In this document: one piece after another, positions 54,099 through 64,000 of the stretch
Layout of the letters: each line of letters starts with the position of its first letter
Numbering within the stretch: position 1 is the stretch's first letter
Source: the human T2T-CHM13v2.0 reference genome, Homo sapiens
Length of the DNA stretch: 64,000 bases
Reading direction: 5' to 3' (one strand)
NCBI RefSeq assembly: GCF_009914755.1
Contig: NC_060927.1
Position numbers and translations under genes: made by a program
The notes under the pieces: generated by a model
Seen by the model: only the letters and a program-made list of their open reading frames with translations
The model's database searches: none
Told to the model about the DNA's origin: nothing

Positions 54099-54510
54099 TG
54101 TATCAGGTAGCTACTATTATATACAAAACCACCCAGAAACACAGTAGCTTAAAACAATAATTATTTATTTGTTCCCAATTCTTTTGGTCAGCAATTTGGG
54201 CTGGGCTCAACTGAGATGGTTCATCTCTGCTCCACGTGGTGTTGGCTAGGCTTACTTATTCTGTGGGAGGGCTAGGACAGCAGAGCCTCTCTCTCCGTTG
54301 GTCCCTCATCTTCAAGGAGGCTGGCCTAGGTTTCTTCACTTGTTGCCAAATGGGTTCCCAGGAAGGAGTAAGAAAGGGCAAGCCTCAGTGAATAAGCACT
54401 CTTTAAGCCTCTGCTTGAGTCACATTACCAATGTCCCAAACCTAGGGTTAATGTGGAGAGAGCTCAACAAGGGTATACATACAATAGGCATGATTCTTTG
54501 AGAGTCACTG
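54099..54510 (-). mobile_element. MLT1H/I-like MaLR LTR inserted in a MIR (MIR parts ~53980-54095 and ~54545-54600)
   Basis: 'aaaccacccagaaacacagtagcttaaaacaataa...ggtcagcaatttgggctgggctca...ttaagcctctgcttg'. Confidence 0.75.
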
Positions 54511-55865
54511 TAGTAATAAGATATGTTACCCAGAATATAAAAGTGTTCCAAGTTTGAACTGAAGAACTGTAAATTCATATCCCATGCTCTTAACCATGAC
54601 ATCACACTTGCCTCCAAGAAAAATTCCCATAATGTTTTCTACATGATGTCGGTTTCTCTTTTAACTCTTAAACTGCCACCTTATGAAACAGCAAAGATAT
54701 TCCTAATCTCATCTCCAAATGATTTCTTTCTGACTTACAAAATCCCTTGAGTCTCAGGGTAGGCTTAGCAAAGTACAAATTGAAGACAGATTATGTTTTC
54801 ATTCCTTAAGTCATTTGTACTACTAGAAAGATTGAACTTTACATAGCTGCTCTCTAGGGACCTAGCTGATACCAAAATGATACCAATGCATTAAAAGACA
54901 ACAGTATTACCTCATTTTGTATAACACTTTACTATTAGCACAGAACTTTCAAAATGAATATAAAACTCATTCATCTGGGCTTTCCCTATAGGCATCTGGA
55001 AGCTTCTGAAGCTATCTTAGCATGGTGCAAAGGAGTGTTTTAAGGGTGTTAAACTGATGTGAAAGAAGTACTGTAGCTGAAACACTGGTGGCAAGAAGAC
55101 TAATCTAGAGACTGTGGCACAAGTTTGAAAGAGTTATGGCAATGAAACATACAAGACCTCACAAAAGAAGAAAAACTAGTCCTTCTAACCATCTAGAGGG
55201 GAGGGAAAAGAAAGAGTCGGGGTGTTCAAGGGTTACTGTTCTTTTTAATGTCTTTAGACTTGGCATTTTTCCGTTTACATAGCACTTTTACCTCCTGATG
55301 GTTAGGGAGAACAGGAATGCTCATCCTCATTCAGAGAAGTTTCATGTGGTACACTGGGACCTGCAGGAACTCACTGCAGCTAGCCCTGTAAATTGTAAAT
55401 GTCCACAATGGAGGAGGAGGGTCAAGATTAAAATTTTAATAAAAGTAGAGAACAAATGACATGATTAGATTGGAATTTTAGAAACATTTCTCAGTCAACA
55501 GAGGGAAAGATAGGTTGGAGAAAGCAGAGATAAGAGGGAGAACAATTGAGAGGCTTTTACAGTAATCTGGGTGAAAGGCTATAAAAATCTAAGTCTGAAT
55601 GACAGAGGGGATGATTCTAAAGTCAAACAACCTGGGCATGCACTCCTCTTTGCTACACTATTATATACTTTTTTTTCTTTTCATCAATTTTGGCTAGAGA
55701 ATATACTTGTGATGGTGTAAGGAGGAGATTATGAAGATTGGCTTGTTTGCTCTGTAAAATCTATAATTATCAGTCATTCTTTGTACCCAGAGGATTAAGA
55801 AAGGCATCCCTGTATCTGAAAGATTCATTTTTTTCTACATCTCTTTTTATAAATCTCCCACAGTT

Positions 55866-55944
55866 AAAAGAAAGGAGAGACGAAGGAAGGAAGAATGGGA
55901 AGAAGGAAGAAAGGAAGGGAGAGAAGGAGGGAGGAAGGGAAAAA
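55866..55944. repeat. Purine-rich (GGAA/GGAG) low-complexity tract
   Basis: Nearly all A/G for about 80 bp. Confidence 0.85.
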
Positions 55945-57289
55945 TTTCATTTTCACGTAAATAATGGCATCCTTCTTAAAGAAAATAAAAAAGTAGCATT
56001 AGATGAAGTTCTATTGACATAATTATAATCATACAGTGAAGTCCTAAAGAGATATATTGTGAAGATAATTTTTCTTGTCACAAAGGACGATCTATACAAA
56101 AGAACAAAGGAAATAATTTTAATAAAACATTTTGCCCTGAGCAAGAAATGTGCTTCATGTATCATACATGAGAAAGGATAGTTGTTTGATATAAAATGGA
56201 ACTGTGACCTTGCTATAAGAGTTTTTATTACTTGATGCCACTGAAAGTAAATTAATGGACTCCCAAAAGGTGTAAAATTCATTCTGCTTTGTGGCATTTG
56301 TTTGCTGACAGACAAGTTTAAGAGGAATCTTTTCATGTGATTATTTAAACAAAGAGCTTCTAGGAATTCTGATCAACCTTTAAGGTTCCACCAGAGGACA
56401 TTTCTCATAGACAGGATTCATTTGAGAGAGAAGTCACACTTTTAAAAGAGTTTATTAACAAGAGAAGAGAGGTTCATGTGCTATCTGTAATTTCAACAAT
56501 TTTTGCTTTCAAATATAATTTTGTTTTCTTTTAGATTTCTCTAAACAAATTCAACATTGTTTAAAAAATGATAAACTTTTTAAAAATACTGAGCTGGCAA
56601 CCCAGCAAATAAACTGTTTTTTTTAAAGGTTTTTACTCCATCAAGTCTGAAGTCCTTACGTAACATTTTATTACATAGTGTTTCTTTATAGTGTTTCAAA
56701 ACCACATATATTTATAACTGCTTAATTTATCTTTACAAGCTACTTTGCACTATACAAATTGCCTTTATGCCTCTTTAGTTGTTTTCAATGACTTTGAGAT
56801 TAGGCATAACAAATATTGGTATTATAATCTGACATATGAGCAAGTTTATCCTCAGAGAATCTGTCACCTGCTTAATATCAGGAACTGCTCTGATGGTTGG
56901 CAATAGAGCAGCACACAAGACAGGCAAAGTTTCTATCCTCGTACAGTTTATCTTCCAGAATGAGATACTCACGAATGTGTGAACAAATAAATATGTAATA
57001 TAATGCCAGGAGAATAATAAATGGTGATACTAAGACCATACAAGTGACCAGTCTCAAATCTCAGAACTATTCCTAGCAACTTTTCATCAGCACAAATCCT
57101 GCCAAGTGGGGTTGTCCAAGAATAGCATCCCCGTTAAGCCTTTCTATTACGCCTCCAGCTAATGCTGATAAGTATGTATGATGTGGCTTTACTGGTCACA
57201 TGAGGCAACTTTGGAGGCCTCTACACTTTAGCTCTACTTGTCTATTCAATGTAGATGTGTGTGTGTCATTGGAGAGCAGCAGACCAGGG

Positions 57290-57790
57290 AAGTAGGTGTA
57301 AATGTTCTGAAAAGGTTACTTAAAACATGGTTTGTGAACACTTAAGAGCATGACATTTACTAGACACCAGCATGGTTCACTGAGAACAAGTAAGATCAGC
57401 AGATCAACACTACTTACATTTGCAAGAGGGTCATGAAAGAGATAGATGAAGACAATGCAATAGAAATACTGTGTCTAAATTTTAAGGGCCACCTCAAATC
57501 ATTTTTTAGGGATCAGTTTAGTGATAAGCATGTAAAAAATCCATGAATACACTTGGTAAAATAAACACATAACAAAACATCTTTGTAGAGGCATGTGACC
57601 TGCATGGTAATATAGTTAGTTGAATTTAAAATTAATGAAATAAACCTACCAAAAATTGTAGCTATTGCCAATCCAGAGGAAGGGTGTACAATGAAAGGCC
57701 TCGATCCTTGATTCTGCGTGGTGTTTTCTAAAATTATTTAAATCAGTATGTCAACAAAATGCTGATAAAACTCGCATATGAAATAAAGGC
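57290..57790 (+). mobile_element. L3/CR1 LINE RT-region fossil
   Basis: 'caccagcatggttcactgagaacaag...atagatgaagacaatgcaatagaaatactgtgtctaaatttt' matches the CR1 QHGF...D.GNAVD..YLDF motif; 'atgctgataaaactcgcatatgaaa' matches LIKFADD. Confidence 0.6.
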
Positions 57791-58054
57791 CAAGAGGGAA
57801 AGCTTGCATGTTGAAAATCTTATTTCACTTCTAAGTAGAGTCTGTCATTTAATTCCAAAAAGATCTGTTAAATGCCCACCATGAACAAGGCACTGTGAAA
57901 AATGCCAAGGCAAGGAATAGCTCCTGCTCTCCAGCGTTTCCTGTGAGCAGCCATTGCTGTCCCAATTACCACCCTGTTAACAACTTAATTGTATCCCCCC
58001 ATCCAAAGTTCATACAACAAAGTCCTAACTTGCAGTACCTTAGAATGTGATTGA

Positions 58055-58323
58055 GCAGGGATTTGTCCCAGGACCCCCTACAGATACGAAACTCTTCAGA
58101 TGTTCAAGTTCCTTACATAAAATGATGTAGTATTTGCACATAACCTACACAAGTTTTCCCAGATATTTTAAATCACCACTAGATTACTTATAATACTTAA
58201 TACAATGTAAATGCTACATAAATGGTTTTTCATTGTATTCTTTTTGATTTGTATTGTTTTTATTGTTATATTTATTTTATTTTTTTCAAACATTTTTAAT
58301 CCATGGACATGGGGGGTCAAGTG
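58055..58323 (+). mobile_element. MER2 (TcMar-Tigger) fragment
   Basis: 'ccaggacccc...gatgttcaagttccttacataaaatgatgtagtatttgcacataacctacac...ctagattacttataatac'; right end followed by TA. Confidence 0.85.
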
Positions 58324-58446
58324 TACTTAGAGTCACGAAAGAAGTAACTAAGTTAAAATGAGGTTATTAGGATAGGCCTATTCCAATCTGATTGGTATCC
58401 TTATAAAAAGAGGAAATTAAGACACAGACACACAGAGAAGACCATG

Positions 58447-58785
58447 TGCTATTGTTTGAATGTGTCCCCTCCAAAGTTTAGATGGGGCCAATGTGATAGT
58501 CAAGGCCTAGGAAGTCAAGGCCTTTAAGAAGTAAGTAGGCTATAAGGATTCCTTCCTCATGAAAGGGGTTATGACCCTCATAAAAAAGGCTTCACACATC
58601 ATTTAGCTCACTTTCCCTTCTACCTTCCACCTTGTGAGGACACACCAAGAAGGCCCTCCCAAGACGCCAAATGCTGATGCCTTGATCTTAGACTTCCCAG
58701 CCTCTACAACCGTGAGAAATCACATTTTCATTTCTTATAAACTACTCAGGCATTTTGTTGTAGCAGCACAAAACAGACTAAGACA
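58447..58785 (+). mobile_element. MST-type solo LTR nested in the MLT1 LTR
   Basis: 'tgctattgtttgaatgtgtcccctccaaa...gcagcacaaaacagactaagaca'; TSD ccatg/ccata. Confidence 0.85.
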
Positions 58786-59299
58786 CCATATGAGGACACA
58801 GTGAGAAGGTGGCCTCAATTTACAGCCAAAAAAAAGAGGCTTTAGAAGAAACCAATCCTGCTGACACCTTGATCTTGGATTTCCAGCCTCTGGAATGTTC
58901 AAAACAATTAATTTCTGCTGTTTAGCCTGGCAGACCTAGTAAACTAATACAACCCACCTCTCCCATCAAACCTCTACCATCCAGGACTCTGCCCCCTAAA
59001 GCCCCACTCTTGAGTATCGGCTTTCCTGTCCAAACTTCTATTTCTTCCCCTACCTCAGGGTTTCTGGTTGGCCAAGGCTGACAGACAAACAGTCCACAGT
59101 GGGTGGTTGGCTGGGGGCGAATAATTACTGTGAGGATGGTCCTCTCTTGCCCCCATGAGTTTTTAAGCAGAGGGAGTACGTATCTCTTTTTACATAAAAA
59201 CAATATTATACATGGATCAGTCATGCTGGGTTAAACTTACTTATAAACATCCAGAAGAGAACTCATTAATAAGACAAAGATCCTTCTTTGAATTTGCAA

Positions 59300-59720
59300 G
59301 CTCAGTTGTCTATTCACCCACGGAACATGTATTTGCTGAGCCACTGCTCTGCGGCAAGCCCTCTGCTAGTCCTTTTCACATTTATCACTTCATAGGAGGA
59401 AGTGGGGTTATGTCAAGAGGAGGTAAGGAGACGGGGGTGAGCAGAGCCTTCCAGGAAATAGGAAGCTTTTGCTCAGAGGGTCCAAGGCACAGAAGGGTCC
59501 ACAATATTTTCAGAGAAGATAAAGAAGTTTGCTGTGGCTTAAGTGTGTATTGAATACAGGAGCCAAGAGATAAATTTGGGTGGAGTGTAAGAGCTTTTTC
59601 TGCGATATTGAGGAGTTGTGGACCCCAAGCTGTACACAATGGAGACTGTGAAATTTTTCAGGACATGAAACGTAGGATCATCTTTAAAATTATAACCCTA
59701 GCAGGAAGTGAGGTTAGATA
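59300..59720 (-). mobile_element. L2 fragments
   Basis: 'aacatgtatttgctgagccactgctctg', 'agagccttccaggaaataggaagc', 'caatggagactgtgaaattttt'. Confidence 0.5.
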
Positions 59721-60759
59721 GAGGTAGGAAAAAAGAAATGTCAGGGGGCTGAGCTTGGAAGCTCTTTAAAGTCATGAAGTAATGAATCTCTTCCCTACGA
59801 GGTCCTAAAGTTACGGATCTGTGCATCGATCTAATAGTATTGCTACAGTGTGTAAAACTGAATCACAACTGCTACTTATGTATGTGTGGGCATTGTGTAC
59901 TTGTGGGCAGGTCCAAATGTAATTCCATTCATCAGCACCAAAAATAAAGCTATGATTACTTATAATGACTTACTGCAATTGTCCATATCTTCTGTTCTTT
60001 AATAGCAAGTGATTATAACATTAAATGGTTTATCTATTACTACTTTTAAAAAAATACTTAAGACTTTATAAAATGGCACATTTCTATGATCAAATCACAG
60101 GGACAGACAGTTCATCTTTCCTTCAGTAATGAAGCTCTCATCTCTAGAGGTCCAATTCATCCAATTCATAAAAAGATATTTACATAGCTCAGAGGGTTTT
60201 CCCTGTCTTCTGCTTCTTATGAGAAGAGAGAAGTAAGGAAAGAATATAAATCAAATGTAAAATTAAAGCCAGGACAAAAATAACATGAAAATCCTCAATG
60301 ACTGGTGTAGTGTGTAGGGTGGGTAGTATGATAGGAAAAAAGTAAATCACATGGGCTCATAGGAAACACCTCTCAAACATAAGTGAAGATGGATGGGCAT
60401 GTGACCCACAGGGGAATTCAGGCTGCTTCTTAATTTATTAATAGCAGCTGCGACCTTTTACTGCATTCCTAAAATAGCTTGCATGTTAACAGAAGAGGAC
60501 AGACAAATGAAGTATATCATGGCAGATTTCATCAGTGAAAATAATTAACCTTCAAAAAAAAGAGGAGAGAGGAGAGAAGGAGAGGACAGAGTGTAGACAT
60601 TGCAAAGGTAATACCTAGGAACATTAAAACAGGAATTCTAATGCAGGCCTAGGGACGTCCTGGGCAACTGCAGTGAACATGTAGGGGTGGAGTTTAGTCA
60701 TGGGAACAATACTGTAATTCACCAAGTGTTGCTTGAAGCCTCACCTAATCAACCTCACC

Positions 60760-61100
60760 AATGTGTATGCAACACATTGGCTAAATTCTAAAGATAATTC
60801 AAAGGTGAATAAGAGGCAATCCCTGTCTTCCAGGAACTTATCATTTAGGAGAAAGGATTATACAAATATGTCAATACCTGTGATACAGGGCAGGATATGA
60901 GATACACCATGAAACATAAAATCATAGGCTCTGGGAGCCAGCAGTAAAAAGGAAACTTTTGGATGTTTTGGAAAAACATCATGGAAGGAACCATGTGTGA
61001 CATGGATTTTAAAGGAAGAGCAGAATTTTAGTAGGTACAGAAGCAGAGGGATCCCCTGTCCCAACAGTGGGTAGAATGTGAAGCAGCAGCAAACCACAGA
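60760..61100 (-). mobile_element. L2 3' fragment
   Basis: 'aaggtgaataagaggcaatccctgtcttccaggaacttatcatttagg...ggattttaaaggaagagcagaatttt'. Confidence 0.6.
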
Positions 61101-61414
61101 GATAAGAGAAAGCAAGCAGGAAGTGGATATACAGCCAAGAAAAGTTTCACTTTTAGGTGTCTGGAGCTGGTTTTCATTGATTCTTCTTGACTAGAAAATA
61201 CATATACATATTGATTGATTTGCGAGAAAGGATTCGAAGTTGAGCTTTCTCAGTGGAAAGTGAAGGATATAAAACAGGACTTACCATCCTCTTCTATTAC
61301 CACTTATTGAGCCAGAAGCATCATCACTGCCAATAAATACTAATTTGGCAAAGGAAAAGAAAACATATCACCAAAAGACACTCAAAGCAGGTTTCAAATC
61401 CCTCCTTCATAGCA

Positions 61415-61560
61415 ATCCTCAAGGACAGGACAATTTTTTGTTGGTGGGAAGCAGGGCTGGCCTGTGCACTGTAGGACATCTAGCAGCACCTCTGGGCTCT
61501 ACCCACTAGATATCATTAACACCAGTCACGACAATCAAAGAACTTCTGCAAAGGGGTGGG
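61415..61560. mobile_element. MER20 fragment
   Basis: 'caattttttgttggtggg...cctgtgcactgtaggacatctagcagcacctctgggctctacccactagat'. Confidence 0.78.
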
Positions 61561-61789
61561 GATTATAGAAGCAAATGATATTAAAACAAAAGAAAATTTT
61601 AAAACTGGGAGACTCTAGAATGTCTGTTAGTAATAACAACAGTAATTAACACTTCTAGTGTTACGTGCCAGTGTTCTGAGGTCTTTATTGTATTGATGTT
61701 AAGCAAGTTAAAAATTAGCAGAATAAACCTACCTAAAGATGATGGCTCATTGTTCAACTCCTAAGAGGGCTGCACAACAGAAGGCCTCA

Positions 61790-62080
61790 ATCCTTACAAA
61801 CTATGTACCATTATTATCCCCATTTTACAGGTAATAAAACTGAGGCTCAAGTCATTCAGTTCTTAAGTTTTGAATCCGGGCTTTGAACCAGGTCATCTGA
61901 CTGCTGGTCAAAAGTCTTAACCACTCTGCTGCATTGCCTCTCCTGTGAGGCAGCTCAGTGTTCTTTATTCTGCTACAGAGGAAGCTGAAGCCGGGAGAGG
62001 TGATGTGATTTGTCCAAGGCTACTCATTTGTTGGTGACTACTCTGGGTATAAAATCTAGGTCTTCTAACTCACACTTCAG
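61790..62080 (-). mobile_element. Two tandem MIR fragments
   Basis: 'ttatccccattttacaggtaataaaactgaggctca' and 'acagaggaagctgaagccgggagaggtgatgtgatttgtccaagg'. Confidence 0.7.
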
Positions 62081-63369
62081 ATGTTTTTCTGATACCTAGA
62101 GGCCTCTGGGAATGTACAAAAGGGAGATTGATTCTTCCCGCTGGAAGACGTGGGTACAGCAGAGGTTGGAGCAAGTAACAGGTGACAATACAACTGGTTC
62201 TAGAATAGAAAGAAGTTTCAGATTCAATCTGATTCCTTCATTAAAAGATTAACTCTTGAAAGTCAAACACCACCACTGCCCCCCTCACCACCACCCCCCA
62301 CCCCAAAACACACGTACAAACACACAGGCCTCAAGGAAATAGAGAATTTGGTTGATATTGGTTTGAACCTGCAGAGATCTAAAGAAATCGAGAGAATCAA
62401 AATGCCTGTATTGTTTCCAAAAACTTCTAGGCCCACTGAAAGAAAATTGCTCTGATTAAAGTTTCCAATTCAGGGATAATTCCACTAAACTACAAGAAAA
62501 ACCACTTTTCAGTTGCTTTGAGGTTGACATAAGATGTTTTGATTCAAACTCTCCCTTAATTGTGTAACCTTGTGGCATTTGGAACTAGAAAGAGGGTCCA
62601 AACACACCACTACTGCCCAACCTCTAGAGAGGCAGTCTGCCCACACATGACAGGTGCTCCCATCTGCCTGGCAGAGCAAATGAGCAGTCTAGACTCATTA
62701 TCTCAGCCCCCAGTGTCTCAGAGCGGCAAGCTCTGAGCTTAGAGAGAAAATACAGAATACAGAGAGAAGGTGAAATTGATGATCCACAGCACAGTTTTCT
62801 GGTCAGTCAAAAGGTTGAGGGGCTTAACAGAGAGCAGAGAAAGGCTGCATTGCATTAGACAGCGTGCATTTCAGGCCACGTCACCCTGCTCTGCTGTCTG
62901 TCCTTGCTTCCCTGAAAACAAAGAGCCTAAGAACAGTTCCTTAAGTGCACTTTTCTGAAACAGTAGTTTTTGTGCTTATAAATGAGTATTTATCATATCT
63001 ATGTGCTCTAGCTTAATCAACATGTAATACAATAATGTAATCATTGACAACATAGAGGCTGGAACTAGCAACACTTTTCAGTTCGTTGGGTAACTATGGA
63101 AACAGGGACACTGCATTTCCTGGGCTGTGCACACAGAGAGGTGCACACCTTTGGCTAAGAGAACTCATGAAATCTTTTCTAGTAATAACATTCTTTCATC
63201 ATCTCTCACTGGGCATGTTACCAAACTACTGGAGACTCTTGGAGAGTCAGCTTCCTCCTAACACCCTTTTTCTCTGAAGGACTGTAGCACAGGACTGGCT
63301 GATGTGGAAGTCTGGCACCCTGGAAATAACACAAGCATGAAGTTTTATTGCCTTCATGATTCAGTATTT

Positions 63370-63720
63370 AAAATTTATAAAGCATTTTCTACGTTCCAGG
63401 ACTCTACTGATCACCTTCTATGTAAAGCCTTGTCACATGGATTCCTTACCACACCCCTGTGAGGGGTGCAGGAGGTAGTAGGGGGTAATGTCCCCATCTT
63501 ACAGACAAGGAAATGGCCATAAGTGTCTTTTCCAGAAGTATTTAGCTAATAAGAGGCAGCTGGAATTACAACCTAGGTCTTTCAGACTTCAGAATCAGTG
63601 TTCTCAACCACTGTAAGTAACAAATATCTATTGAGCACTGTGCCAGCCTTTAAGGTTCCTATGACTAATAGTACATCCATGTCCTTAAAGAGCTTGTAGT
63701 TGGATAAAGAAAGCAGATTA
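63370..63720 (-). mobile_element. MIR followed by L2 3' fragment
   Basis: 'ccccatcttacagacaaggaaa...cctaggtctttcagacttcagaatc' then 'aacaaatatctattgagcactgtgcca...ccttaaagagcttgtagtt'. Confidence 0.65.
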
Positions 63721-64000
63721 AAAAGATGACTGCTGTGTAACTGATAGCCTAGAGGAGATAAAGTTTGCTTATGGAAATGCAGCGGAGAGGCACCGAACAT
63801 TCACAAGGGTCTATGCTAACACTGACTTCGTGACTTCATACACCCACAGAGAAATGTGCCCATGAACATTTGATTTGAGGAAGCTGATGGTACATCCTAA
63901 GCTAATGTCTTCAATATTTTTACTAGGGAAGTTCTTTAAATTCGTAGTGACTTCAGTGTCTGCAAGATGAGACTTCCAAAACTCTGGCCTTTTCATTTCC

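Larger units (their letters stand above)
57975..58951 (+). mobile_element. MLT1B/C-like LTR split into three parts (57975-58053, 58324-58446, 58791-58951)
   Basis: 'aattgtatcccc...cagtaccttagaatgtga' / 'aagttaaaatgagg...ccttataaaagaggaaatt' / 'gaaaccaatcctgctgacaccttgatcttggatttccagcctc...aaactaataca'. Confidence 0.85.

Overview
Primate (human-like) nuclear DNA, AT-rich and dominated by interspersed repeats. I found no recognisable protein-coding gene, RNA gene or CpG-island promoter, and no prokaryotic-type features. Almost all ORFs in the track come from Alu, L1 or MaLR sequence or are chance ORFs. Main contents: an old L1 with intact 5' terminus (1-7961, minus) carrying three Alus and a THE1 LTR; a GC-rich polyadenylated retrocopy of an mRNA 3' end (15779-16715, minus); a complete THE1 provirus with two LTRs, TSD and a 326-codon open internal frame (23510-25859); a twin-primed (5'-inverted) L1PA with a microhomology deletion nested in an older L1 that also looks 5'-inverted (39830-45750); several solo MaLR LTRs, DNA transposon fossils, MIR/L2/L3 fragments and small local duplications. 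The minus-strand bias of L1/LTR elements hints at an intron of a plus-strand transcription unit. I did not find convincing evidence for an undescribed biological system; the findings are retrotransposition and rearrangement events plus a few candidate regulatory or exonic unique segments. Repeat subfamily names are from recalled consensus motifs and need RepeatMasker/Dfam confirmation; boundaries of old elements are approximate.
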